NCBI RefSeq assembly: GCF_006345805.1
Contig: NC_042997.1
Span: 26,598,001-26,662,000, forward strand
Reading direction: 5' to 3'
Source: Octopus sinensis
Lineage: Eukaryota
Length of the DNA: 64,000 nt
The first letter of the stretch is position 1. Each line of letters begins with the position of its first letter. Below the pieces are notes generated by a model. It ran no database searches. It was not told the origin of the DNA and saw only the letters and a list, made by a program, of their open reading frames with translations. Shown here one piece after another: positions 1 to 12,650 of this stretch. Made by a program: the position numbers and the translations under genes.

Positions 1-890
1 CTGGATTAGGCCTGATAAAAATGGGAGTAATTACAACAACACTAATATCAGCATCAATTACAATAAAAATCAATAAAAAACTTTTGGAGGAAAGTAAGTG
101 TCTTTTCTTTATCTTTTACTTTTTTGTGCGTGTGAGAATAAAAATCCGTTACTTTATGATTTTATCTGATATTTAAATGAAACACCATTCTCACTCTGAA
201 AGGAATCTCTTTATACATTATAAGTAAAAACATTACACTATGAAAATAATAGCCGGAATATACCCTTATCAAAAGAACATAATCGACAAGAAACACACAA
301 ACTAATTGTTACATCCATTGTCTGGGAAACGATAGAAGCGATATTTCTATTTAAAATTAATCTTAATGTATTTCTCTCATTAACTATACTAAAAATTGCA
401 ATGAAGAACATCCTTTAGTGAAAATGATAAGAGCGTAAACAGGTTGGTAAAAAGTGATTTTATTTTTCACTGATGTTTATTTAGAAAAATATATTTTTTT
501 AACGAACTGTTTTTGAAAAGTGGAAGTTTCAAATATTTTTTTAAAACTCAACTTGTGAAAACACTCTTACATTTTTACAGTGAAACTTTTATATATAGAA
601 ACAATTTCAAGTAGAAACATGAAATTTTTATTCCCACACACATACACCGACACACACACATAAATATATATATAGAGAGGTAATGAGAAGTAATGGTGTC
701 AATAAGACCCAAAGGTGTCAGGTAATGCTGAGTAAATGCTATGGACAGACTATAGTTAAGCTCCAGGTTCGGTGATTATGCGAATGAGGAGTCCAATGTA
801 GGTCATATATCAGCATGCGTATATATAAAAAAATTAACTGAATGAGATAAAAATCCAAGGTTGTGAAAGATTTCAGAACATTTATAAACA

Positions 891-940
891 GATCTTACGG
901 CTGTTTCCGGGATATTTTATATATCCCTTCATCGGAGACG
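891..940 (-). ncRNA. Minimal type I hammerhead ribozyme (variant core) in PLE1 pLTR
   Basis: Minus strand reads GUCU-CCGAUGA-A-GGGAUAU(AUAAA)AUAUCCC-G-GAAA-C-AGCC-GUA-AGAU. U4 is replaced by C and the 10.1-11.1 pair is non-canonical. Confidence 0.65.
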
Positions 941-1799
941 GTGTGACACAATGGTTAAGCAATAGTTATTCTAGATAACACATGAAGTAGAGTGAAGTGG
1001 AAGAATGAAAATAGACATGTGATATGTAGGGATATTTTATGTGTAGTTCCATTATCTAAGCAGAATGGTATATATATAAGATTCCTGTAGCTTGTGAGTA
1101 AGTCCCAATAGTATTTAAAATTAGTCATTCCAAGCATAGAGTTTGTAAACGGTGTTATTGAATCGAGGGATTTTTTAAAGTGATTTAAAAGTTGGGAATG
1201 CATTTGTAAGGTCCAATCAAAAACAGGAAGAGAGGAAAAAGAAAAGAAAACAAGAAGAGCGTGGAGAGAGACAATAAAGAAATGAAGAGAGTGAAAGTGG
1301 ACTGGTTAGTGGTTAGTCAAGATAAATTGATAGAAGGAATGGGGGGGGGAGGTGAGTGTGATAGATAGAGAAAGGTATGAGAGTGTAAAGAGATGAGATG
1401 GTAAAGAGTAAAGGAGTGTCAGGTAGAAGTAATGGGGAGTGAGGGTGATGGAGAGAGAAAGGTATGGAAGATATATGAGAAAAAGGTATGAAAAATAGTC
1501 ATACACATCAACACGTACTCATATGTATATGTACATACGCAAACCTATATATACGTGTATCTATATGTATTATCACCTCTGAACATGCAGGTATGTGTAC
1601 CTTGCACACACACACACACACATACACACACACGTACATACGTACGTACTCATATACATAGAAATATAATTAAATGATTGTGATATTCGAGTATGAAAGA
1701 GGATATTCGAGTGTGAAAGAGGGATTAGTAGTTAGAATGTAGATTTATAAGGTTATTAGGGTTAGCTAAGGGATATTGTGGAAATATACTGTATGGTCA

Positions 1800-2260
1800 T
1801 TTAGGCATTTTGATTTGTGGTAGAATTTGAATGTGTGTAAAAGCGGTGGTTGCATGTGCTTAGTGCCTCAATATGTCTATTTAGCAGTGTTGGAGAGTTG
1901 TGCTTTAATATGTGAAGCGACGCCTTCTGAAAAAATTTTCAGGTTGAGCGTTGACCTCGGTAGGGAAGCCCTGAATCCAGTATGGACCATGATAGATTAT
2001 AGAGTATATATTTATTTCTGAGATGATGTATGTGGTTGGCGAGTGTTATAGATTTACTATGTTTATCGTATCTAAAAGAATGGAGGTGAGCGGCATATCG
2101 TTACTTTACAATTTTGGTTGATCCTATGTAAGTGGGTGTAGAGTTCTGTAATGGATTAAGGGAAGTGCATTTGTAAATTATATTATATCTTCTGTAATGG
2201 GCTTGTAACGCGCAGTTGGTTCCAGAACGGCAGTTACAATTAGGTGAATTTGGGGGATTG
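1800..2260 (-). pseudogene. GIY-YIG endonuclease domain of PLE1 (disrupted)
   Basis: CNCRSGTNCALQAHYRRYNIIYKC...TYIGST (ORF 2101-2361), followed by AHLHSFRYDKHSKSITLANHIHHLRNK...WSIL...LLNRHIEALSTCNHR after frameshifts/stops. Confidence 0.85.
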
Positions 2261-2998
2261 TATTCAGGAATAGAGGAGGTAGTATTGTCAGAGAAGAGGT
2301 TAGAGAAGAGGTAAAAAAAGTATAGAATTTTTAGTATTATTAACGTTATCATTACCATCATTGTTATGATAACTATTGTTGTTGTTAATTGTACTATTTG
2401 AAAGAGTAGTAAACATTGCGGTGGTGCTCCGGGTAGTGTCAGTAGGATGGGATGAGTTGTGGTCTAATGTAAGGGTATCTGTGCTGAAGCTGTGTGTATG
2501 TTGAGCGTTCGTATGACTAGAATTATGATTATGTATTTTGATACTAAAGCACATGCAACCACCGCTTTTTTCGCACATTAAAATTCTACCACAAATCAAA
2601 ATGCCTAAATGACAATACAGTATATTTCCACAATACCACTTAGGTAACCCCAATAACCTTATAAATCTACATTCTAACTCCTAATCCCTCTTTCACACTC
2701 GAATATCCTCTTTCACACTCGAATATCACAATCATTTAATTATGTTTGTATGTATATGCGTACATATGTAAGTACGTGTGTGTGTGTATGAGTGTATGTG
2801 TGTGTGTGTGTGTATGTGTGTGTGTGTGTGTGTGTATGCAAAGTATATATACCTGTGTGTGCAGGGGTGAAAATACATACAGATACACGTATATATGGGT
2901 GTGCGTATGTACATAAATATATGAGTACGTGTTGTGTGTGTAGGTGTTGATGTATATGAATATCTATATACATGTTTAATATATGCATGTGTATACAT

Positions 2999-3060
<62 letters not shown>

Positions 3061-4468
3061 TCTTCTACTACTACGTATTAACCTATAATACTAAATTCTT
3101 CATTCCACAATTTTACTAGTCTGACCCCTTCTCCCTCTGTGCCCCTCACTTAGGCTCTATCACTACATACCTGACACTCCTTTACTCTTTACTTTCTCAT
3201 ATCTTTAAACTCTCATACCTTTCTCTATCTATCACCCTCACCTCCCCATTCCTTTAATCAGTTTACCTTGACGACCACTAACCAGTCCACTTTCACCCTC
3301 TTCATTTCTTTATTGTCTCTCTCCACGCTCTTCTTGTTTTCTTTTCTTTTTCCTCTCTTCCTGTTTTTGATTTGACCTTACAAATACATTCCCAACATAA
3401 AAAACACTGATTAAAAAGCTCTATGCTTGGAATGACTAATTTTAAATACTATTGGAACTTACTCAGAAGGTACAGGAATCTCTATTTCATATCTTATCTA
3501 CAATAACTAAATATCTCGGAAACAACTGTAAGAGCTTCTATTTATAACTGTTATGAAATCTTTCACAGCCTTGGATTATTATCTCATTCTGTTAATTGTT
3601 AATTTATATATATATATATATATGTATAGATATGTATATGTGTGTGTGTGTCTGCGTGTCTATATATGTATATATATGTGTGTGTGTGTATATATGTGTG
3701 TGTATATATATGTATGTATATATATATATATATGTGTATATATATAGATGTATTTGTAGAGGTTTATAGAATTATTTATGTATATCCATGTAACTACATG
3801 GCGAAATAGAAACACGAAAATACCCGTACAAGTACATACACACAAACACATACATATAAGCACACGCGTGGTTCTGCATAACAGTGTAATGTTCTAAATT
3901 TTCATTACAGAAATAATTCTAAGATACTGGACAAAATATTGTTAGAGCTAAAGGGAATACAGTGACTTGAAACAATATATAAGTTATTAATATGAACGTT
4001 ATAAAGGTTACCGAATTTAATTAAAGTTTATGTGTTTCGGGTTCATGATTGATATTTATAACCAGGTTGCCAATATGTAGACAATAACTAAATATTGATT
4101 TACAACAGCAGAAAATTACTGAAATTGCAAATTGTAGTCACATAATTTGCTGCGACAATCCTGATTTTAAAATACACCCCCCTCAACACACACACGCACA
4201 TATTAATAATTGTTTGCCTTAGTTCGATATGTCTTCAAATTTAATACGTGCGTAAGAGACTGAGGACTGATTCCAGTTGTTATTAAAAACATATGCAACT
4301 CCTACAAAATGTGTCGAGTGCTAATTTCTTTGGTTTGTTCACCCACTTGTAAACCCACACACATGTGTGTACACACACTTACATAAATACATACATACAT
4401 ACATGCATACATACGTATATACTATAATATATGGAAAATAGTTAAAACTTTAAAGGGTCGGAGAATAT

Positions 4469-4578
4469 TGTTGTGTCGACGCCCCAAACGATGAAGTAGG
4501 CTAGCCCAATACGTAGATATAGAAGAAGTCTAGACGTCGAGGAGTTGAGTAGAGGTCATCCGAACGAGCGATATAACA
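4469..4578. mobile_element. Putative 110-bp solo LTR
   Basis: TG...CA ends, terminal IR tgttgtgtcg/cgatataaca (8/10), and AATAT on both flanks (4464-4468, 4579-4583). Confidence 0.55.
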
Positions 4579-4849
4579 AATATATATAAAGATTTACTGA
4601 AATTAAATTATTAAACTTAACCGGTTTCATGTTTATTTGATTTTCAAAAGTGCAAGTTTTGACAGTTTGTGACACAGCCCCACGTTCCTCAAAACTTATT
4701 CGTTTCAATTTCATGTAGATGTAAAATATATTAATTGTGTTAATTTAAATTTAAATATATATTCATAAGCAATCTGTGTGTATTTTCAACTTTGTATATG
4801 TATATATATACATGATTTGAAACGACTTACATATGTATTCCACGCAGGT

Positions 4850-6920
4850 ATACCCAAACATATCAAGTCTTACTTGCTACAAGACTGACCGGAAGTGAAT
4901 TGAAAACCGATTCTCAAGCAAATTTATCTTCAAATTCTCTCTATATTAGTGATTAGTATTAAGCTGAAAAAATGTTGTCAGTAATGCTAGGTATGTCCGT
5001 TAAATGTATCCCAAAGAGAAGAGCTAATTCATACATAATCATCATTCCCGAGACAGAAGAATCTTTGTGAGACAAAGAATAAAGAACTGTAAACGCTTAA
5101 GTAAACAACTTAACGACAACAAGAAATCCCTCCTTGGATTTTGAAATTTAACACAGACTCTCATATGAAGAAGAAATGGGAGAAAGAGGAACTGGGGCAG
5201 TGGAAAAAATATATATTCCATACATATAAATGAATGGAATATGGATGTGGATTATATATAAACAAATCCTAAATCCAACTGCGAATTTACAAAAGGTCAG
5301 TTTTTGAAGAAGACGGTTCATTGACTGCAGACCCCAGTAGGATACATGAAGTGCTAAATAAACAATTCCAAAGTGATTTCACCTCTCCAATGGGAAATAT
5401 GCAAATAAAGAAGCCTGATGATTTCTCCAACACCGTTGACGTACGTGGGCAAGAGGAAAACATTGATTGCATCTCGGCATAAAAGACAAAGATGTAATAT
5501 TAATCATTAATGAGTTGAACTTGAACTCAGCAACGGGCCCAGATGGATATCCGATTCTTCTTTTAAAAACATGCAAGAAATACTTCGTAGAACGTTGCGG
5601 ATATTTTTTCAAAGTGGTTTCGCATGTGGTACATTTCTCAAAATGTTAAAAGAAGGTATATGTCCAATCCATAGAAGTGGAAGCAGAGCAAATTATAAAA
5701 ATTATCGGCCTATGTCTCTGATCTCATATGTTCTCAAGATCATGGCACGCATCTTCAGGAGGAGGCTGATCACGTTCCTGAAAGAAAATAACATACTAAA
5801 AAAAACAAAACCCATATCTTCCGTTTGATGGAAGGAGCTGCTTTACGCAGCTATTACATTATGATTGGGTACTGAAACAACAGATCGACCTCTCAAATGT
5901 GGAGGTAATATACCTCAACTTGCCAAGGCCTTTGACAAAAATCGTGATGGAAAGACATGTCACTAACTGTGGAACCTTGGTATCGCTAGAAAATCAGACT
6001 GATGCAACCACCCTCACCAGCTATGATGATAATACAATTGTATCAAAGACCCTGATAACATTCCCAGACTGCAGAAAGATCTAAATGTAGAATACAGGTA
6101 GGCTAATGAATATAGCATACATTTCACTGTTGAGAAGTTTCACTATCGGTCCACAAACTGGCTACAGTCAGACTACACTGGACCAAACGGTAGTGGAATC
6201 CCAGCGTCAGAGTCGGTGCGTGACCTAGGAATCCATATAAGTAATGATGAAACATTCAACGCGCATATTTCCAAGAAGGTAACTCTCTGCATGTGAGCAA
6301 CTAGAAGGATTCTGAGGTCTTTCAGAACTAGGGAAAAGGATACCATCTTAGTCCTATGGAGAACTTTCGTTCTCATTCTTCAAAATTACTGCACTCAACT
6401 CTCGTCAATGCAGGACATGAAACTGGTCGCGGAACTTGAGGTACTCCAGCGCCACTACACTAAGAAGATTGAGCTGTTGCAACAGATGAACTACTGGGGT
6501 AGACAGAATGAACTGAAGTTCTACTCGCTAGAGAGAAGGATTGAAAGATTTGCAATTGTATAAAGCTATACCAACCACCGAACTTGACGACACTGTATAG
6601 TACTTGTACCAAAGCTTCCGTCATCTCCATCTCGAATAAGAACCCAATATTGTCACTTTTAAGCTTTCATAACTATTCAACATTCTGCCAAACAGCCTCA
6701 GAAATTTGCGAGGTGTAGATATGGATGTCTTCAAAGAATATCTGGGCACCTTTTTATCTGAGATACATGATGACCCCGCATTACGGCTGAAGACACAAAA
6801 ACGACTAACTCCGTCCAACTCGTTACTTTACGAAAAATAACACAGAAATTAAACCAAGTCACTCTGAAAGATGGTGCCTCAGCATGGCCTCGGCCTCTGG
6901 TTCCAACCGATAAGACACAC
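4850..6920 (+). mobile_element. Decayed CR1/L2-group LINE (RT region and 3' end)
   Basis: Fragmented frames include IPRDRRIF, SATGPDGYPILLLK, NYRPMSLISYVLKIM, LAKAFDK and ELEVLQRHYTKKI...YSLERRIERF. There are many stops and frameshifts. Confidence 0.85.
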
Positions 6921-6960
6921 ACTCACGCACACACATACACACACATACAAACACACACAC

Positions 6961-7370
6961 ACATGGATGTATGCTAAGAAGCTTGCTTCCCAGTTTCATG
7001 GCTCTGGGTTCAGGCCCACTGAGTGGCATCTTGGGAAATTGTCTTCTGCTAAAGCCTTGAGCCAACCAAGTCCTTGTCAATGGATTTGGTAGACGGAAAC
7101 TGTTAAGAAGCACGTCATATATATATATGTATATATTCATGAGTGAGTCTCTTTTTGATTGTGTTTGTCCCCGTTACCGCCAATATATCCTGACACCTAA
7201 TACTGGTGTGGTAACGTCCCTGTAACTTAGTGGTTCTGGAAAACAGACGGATAGAATGTGTACTTGGCCTACAAAGAGTGAGTCCTAGAGTCGATTTTTT
7301 CGACTAAAACCCTTTAAGGCAGTGGTCTATCATGGCCGCAGTTAAATGACTGAAACAGTTAAACGAATAA
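6961..7370 (+). mobile_element. SINE family B (tRNA-derived head, internal microsatellite), diverged
   Basis: Matches copies at 25617-26054, 56323-56795 and 63588-64000 (...ttgggcaagtgtctt...gagtggatttggtagacggaaactg...cagcatggcc). Confidence 0.85.
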
Positions 7371-7376
7371 ATTACA

Positions 7377-7434
<58 letters not shown>

Positions 7435-7461
7435 GTGTGTGTGTGTGTGTGTGTATGTATA

Positions 7462-7860
7462 TCTTCTTTATATATAAAAGGCAAGTTGTGTGTCTGTCTC
7501 CTACGATTTAGATTTCTAACTACTCCCACATTTTGCGGTACAGTGTAACCAAAACCGGGTATCTTATAGTCGTGATTCATATCGAGTCCTTCTGGGTATT
7601 AGCGCGCGTCTACGATGAGTTTACAATTTTAAAAAAAATTTACCATCATTTTTTTCCATTTTAATGCATTTTTTCGCTATTATATAAGGGAAGTAACTCT
7701 CTAAAAATGTCTACGATGAGTCAACGATTTAAAAAGAAATTTACCATCATTTTTTTCCATTTTTAATGCATTTTTTTGCTATTTTTTGGCTATAACTCTC
7801 TAAAAATGCTTATATAGTTATTTCCCTTACAAACCCGAGCAACGCCGGGCGATACTGCTA

Positions 7861-7861
<1 letters not shown>
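7462..7861 (+). mobile_element. Non-autonomous Helitron
   Basis: 5' A|TC start, 3' hairpin cccg-agcaacgc-cggg (7834-7849) then CTAG|T (7858-7862). No TSD. Has an internal ~100-bp duplication. Confidence 0.75.
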
Positions 7862-7930
<69 letters not shown>

Positions 7931-9566
7931 AATATACGTACAAATATGCCCAAGCGCTCGCAGACAATCAGCCTTCACTAAAATCCAAACATTGTTGTAC
8001 CTGCCAAACAGCGAGTGAGCTCAGCAAAAATGGATGAATGAATAAATAAATTACTTACATTTTCGGAATTAAAAAAGGTATATTTAATATTCCCTCTAGA
8101 TGTCAGGACTATCTCATATATCATTCCATGGTCATATTTTTAAATAATGCGAAATCTTTTCTGTGAAATTCAGGATTCCGAAATCTCATCTCTATCATAA
8201 TATTGTATACCCTGATAACTAACACCAATAATAACACGGACCGAATCAACATTTTTAATACAACATTAATATCATGCTTTCATAATGCGCTCACTTGGTG
8301 AATTGTTACGAAGAAAAAGATAATCTTCGTTAAAGAAACAAGAGAAAATAACTGCTCCAGTGCGGCTCTGTTGTACACTTCTCAACGGCAGACAATTGAT
8401 GAACCGAGCAAGCGATATGCGTTGCTCACTTGCACTTCTCTTTTTTAGCCTGCGCCACTCATGTATGAAAGGTTATCCTAGGAATGTCCTTTGCAGTTTC
8501 ACACATCAAGTTCGTGTTCCACCATTCCAGACTAACTGTATGACCATTCATCTTCACACATGGAAGAAACCGTCAACTGATCCCAAGTTATGTATGTCAT
8601 AAAATTAAGCATAAATATAAAATATGGCTGTGTGTGTGTATGTACATATACATTAATGCGCATTAAGATATTAATGAACATTCAAATAAATATATGCAAT
8701 ATGGATTATGCAATATTACAGATATTTAATCCTTACCGTCAGCTGATCAATATGAGTAATATCAGGAGTGGATTCCAATGAAAGTGAGATACAACTGGGT
8801 GATTTAATGTCATCGATAATCACATTCTGAACAAATTAACCAAATATAGATACGAGTTCGAGCAGATTCGAGCTGACAAATAATACGAATAACATGCTTC
8901 TTAATTTGCATGCATATGAGTGGGTTTAGCTCAGAATGTTTCATTTCCTGAAAATAATTACATAATTCCAAGATGAATACCATTTGGAGTTGATTCAATA
9001 ATTTGAATAGAACCATGTTATGCAACGCATCTCCAGCAATAAAACGAATGCATAATACTGCACGCTTCAAGACATCTTGCGATTTACTGTATTCGGTCGC
9101 CATTTTTTTTTGTCCAGAGCATCAGCTATCCGTACTATCTTTCCCATCCGTGGTGTTGAATACAAATATTGAATTCCGATTGCTCATTTTCCTGTAAAAA
9201 AAAAAAAAAATCCTTTCTTCACTTTTTCGCCAATTGTTAAAGCTATCAACAGTATGATTTATCTGTTTTCGATGACATTGACCATGAAATAACTTACATG
9301 CAAAACAAGATAAACATTTTGTAATATAGGGAATAACGTAACAATCCTCTTATCATTTTTCATCCCAGTTTGTGAATGGATTCTACTAAATATTTTTATT
9401 GTGCAATGCCGACCATAAACTTCTCCAGTCTCTCCTCTACTTCGAGTGAAGACCGAATTTACGTTTCCACAGCCACCACCTTATTCATTGGCCCATCATT
9501 TGTGCGTTTCATCTGTGATATTACTCAACAATCCGAATTCAAAAGCGACGTATTTTTTTCCATATC

Positions 9567-9567
9567 T

Positions 9568-9622
<55 letters not shown>

Positions 9623-9627
9623 CACCA

Positions 9628-9700
<73 letters not shown>

Positions 9701-9745
9701 GAAAAAAGATAATGATGATTATGATGATGATGATGATGATGATAC
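9567..9745. repeat. Compound trinucleotide microsatellite (CTA)n(CCA)n(CTA)n(TAA)n(TGA)n
   Basis: Read directly from the sequence. Confidence 0.95.
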
Positions 9746-10152
9746 TTCTGCTGATCCTGCTACTAATACTGAGGCCGCTCCTACTGCTTCTACAAAAACC
9801 ACTTCTTTTTCTTCTTTGTAATTCCATTGGTCAATCCGGGCTTCATTTTGCTCCCAATTCGTGCACATATTCAAAGACAGAGGAATGGCATCAGCTAGTG
9901 TCTCGACTATGAACACAGTATCTACATTTATAAATTATCTCATACTGATCCATTGTTGTCATGGAAAGTTAACATCATTGGTCTCAGATAGCAACCGTAA
10001 ATCTATTTTCTCATTCTATTGTTATTTTTGTACTGTGAAGCACCACTTTGGCTAAGGCCTACAGCACCCAAGTTATTCACCTAAAGCAGAGAAAATATGT
10101 ATTTATTTCTGACTACATTTTATTCTGTATAAAAATGCTTAAGAAAAGAGTA

Positions 10153-10275
10153 TGTCCGGCTTCAGTCACATTGCTGTGGCACCTCAGGCAAGTGTCTTCT
10201 ACTATAGCCTCGGGCCGACCAAAGCCTTGTGAGTGGATTTGGTAGACGGAAACTGAAAGAAGCCCATCGCATACA

Positions 10276-10316
<41 letters not shown>

Positions 10317-10335
10317 GAGTGTGTGTGTGTGTGTG

Positions 10336-10426
<91 letters not shown>

Positions 10427-10616
10427 GTATATGTTTCTGTGTCTGTTTGTCTCCCCAACATCGCTTGACAGCCGACGTTGGTGTGTTCGGCAAAAGAGAA
10501 CGATAGAATAAGTACTAGGCATCCAAAGAATAAGTCCTGGGATTGATTTGCTCGACTAAAGGCGGTGTTCCAGCATGGCCACAGTCAAATGACTGAAGCA
10601 AGTAAAAGTAAAAGAG
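10153..10616 (+). mobile_element. SINE family B, 5'-truncated, with long internal (TA)/(TG) tract
   Basis: Family B body and tail ending aaaagtaaaagag. Confidence 0.9.
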
Positions 10617-11699
10617 CATACAACACAAAACAATGGTTAAGATAAGATATCTAGTATATAATAGTAAATTAAATCGTCTATTAAAAATATAAAAGAATCA
10701 AACAGATATCTAGAATTCTTTATAGAAAAAAAGAAATATTTAAAAACCATATGAGCTATTATTCTTTTATTTTCGTTTTCTATTTTTCTCATATGGAAAG
10801 CAAATTAAGTTTTTCTAGTCATATAAATCAATTTTATTTCAATTTTGATCAATCGTGTTAAATAATAAAAATAGCTCCAATGTGAACCACATCTGTGCAG
10901 AAAAAAATCTAGTTTCTAGTGTATTTCTGGTTGAGAATATTTATGGCTTCAAACAAATATATTCGAATTCGCATTGTTCTCATATGAAAATATTTAAATA
11001 TGAACAAATATGTGTTCAATATAAATCATTAACATATACATACAAGCCGATCTTTTTAAAATTGTTCTATTTTAAAATTATTCCTCATACATTTTAGAAA
11101 AACTGAACCAATCCAACCAAATTTTATGTTAAATGATGTACGAATTCTAGATTTAAAGAAGATCTATAAAACAAATAAAAGTTCCCATTCTTCAAAATTG
11201 AATGCAATTCTGAATAGAGCTGTGGCAGATATTAAAGCAACTACATTTAATTGTAAAACACTGCGTTTTTCATATAGCCCCTAAAAGGCTCATGATCCTT
11301 TTGGACTCCAGTACTGTGGCACCCATTGACCCGACCATACGATGTTGCTGCTTCTAAACCACGTGACATTAAATTTTTATACTCATCAAGTAGAGAGTTT
11401 TTTATATTTGTTATTTCGATAATTAGTACTGTTGCCAGCATGGATACCAGCTAAGCGATAGAAGTGTGATAGACCTCCGAGGTAAGTTTGTTCCTTTTCT
11501 GTCTGACATAGCTGCCGTGAACAATATAATTTAGCTATAAAATATTTACCGTTAACTTTAAAGTGACTTCATAGAATGACGATAAGATTGCCAAGTTCAA
11601 CAGTTCAATTTCTTGACTTTCGACGAATGAAGAGGAACATGCGTTAATTTACAATAGTTACTTTCTTATTTAAAGTTTAATCAGAAAACTTTTTTGCGG

Positions 11700-12240
11700 G
11701 AGAATAGCCTATACCACACATCTCACTACTGAGTTGGACTTTATTTTATTGACACTAAAGGGACGAAAAACAAAGCAGGCCTGAGAACGTAAAAAGCCAG
11801 ATTGAATAGCGTAAATTATTTTCCGGTTCAAACGATTCTTATTTCTTTATTGCTCACAAAGGGCCAAACATAGAGGGGACAAACAAAGACAGATAAAGGG
11901 ATTGTCGATTACATCGACTCCAGTGTGTGACGCCGAAAGGATGAAAGGCAAAGTCGACCTCAGCGGAATTTGAACTCAGAACGTAGCGGCAGACGAAATA
12001 CCTATTTCTATTTCTTTACTACCCACAAGGGGCTAAACACAGAGGAGACAAACAAGGACAGACATACGGATTAAGTCGATTATATCGACCTCAATGCGTA
12101 TCTGGTACTTATTTAATCGACCCCGAAAGGATGAAATGCAAAGTCGACCTCGGCGGAATTTGAACTCAGAACGTAACGGCAGATGAAATACCACTAAGCA
12201 TTTCGCCCGGTGTGCTATCGATTCTGCCAGCTCGCCGCCT
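11700..12240 (-). mobile_element. Triple-nested SINE family A array
   Basis: Head ggcggcgagctggcagaa at 12240. Tails join older copies at 12002/12003 and 11839/11840. Confidence 0.9.
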
Positions 12241-12348
12241 TACGTTTATTTATTATAACGCATTTGTATGATTATATATGAAACAAAGACCTGATACTTA
12301 GTTTAGTTGAATATTTCTACAAATAGGTCAAGTAGTGGTGTATCTAAG

Positions 12349-12650
12349 GGCACTAGTATCGTAGACTGGACCCGGTTTGTGCACACGCGCAGACGCGCGT
12401 CCTTGCTAGCCTGACGTAGGCAGTCGATCCTACGAGCTGACTGGCGCATGCACGACTGGCGCATGTATATATCGTATATATACAAGTATATATCGTATAC
12501 AAGTATATATCGTATATATCGATACAAGTATATATCGTATATATCGTGCATGCGCCAGTCAGCTAGTAGGATCGACTGCCTACGTCTGGCTAGCACGGAC
12601 GCGCGTCTGCCCGTGTGCGCAAACCGGGTCCAGTCTACGGTACTAGTACA
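12349..12650. mobile_element. Fold-back MITE, MULE-like
   Basis: ~105-bp TIRs (actagtatcgtagactggacccggttt...), a core of tatatatcg/tacaag repeats, and direct repeat GTATCTAAG at 12340-12348 and 12651-12659. Confidence 0.75.

Larger units (their letters stand above)
660..3610 (-). mobile_element. Penelope-like element 1 (5'-truncated): GIY-YIG 3' end with pLTR and inverted pLTR
   Basis: Minus-strand GIY-YIG motifs at ~1830-2260. Arms ~825-1865 and ~2543-3610 are inverted copies. A hammerhead motif lies in the pLTR. Confidence 0.85.

Noticed and set aside
3-99. Open frame GLGLIKMGVITTTLISASITIKINKKLLEE ending at a GTAAGT donor (94-99): possible host exon
   Set aside because: It is truncated by the window edge, I recognise no protein family, and I found no compatible downstream exon.
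8810-9210. Minus-strand poly-T/ACAG acceptor (exon start 9191) and 97-aa ORF 8810-9103
   Set aside because: All frames after the acceptor stop early and the ORF has no recognisable motif. It could be a non-coding exon, but this is unsupported.
11247-11487. Complex sequence with a plus-strand GAG|GTAAGT donor and a 64-aa minus-strand ORF
   Set aside because: No open plus-strand frame reaches the donor, and I recognise no homology.
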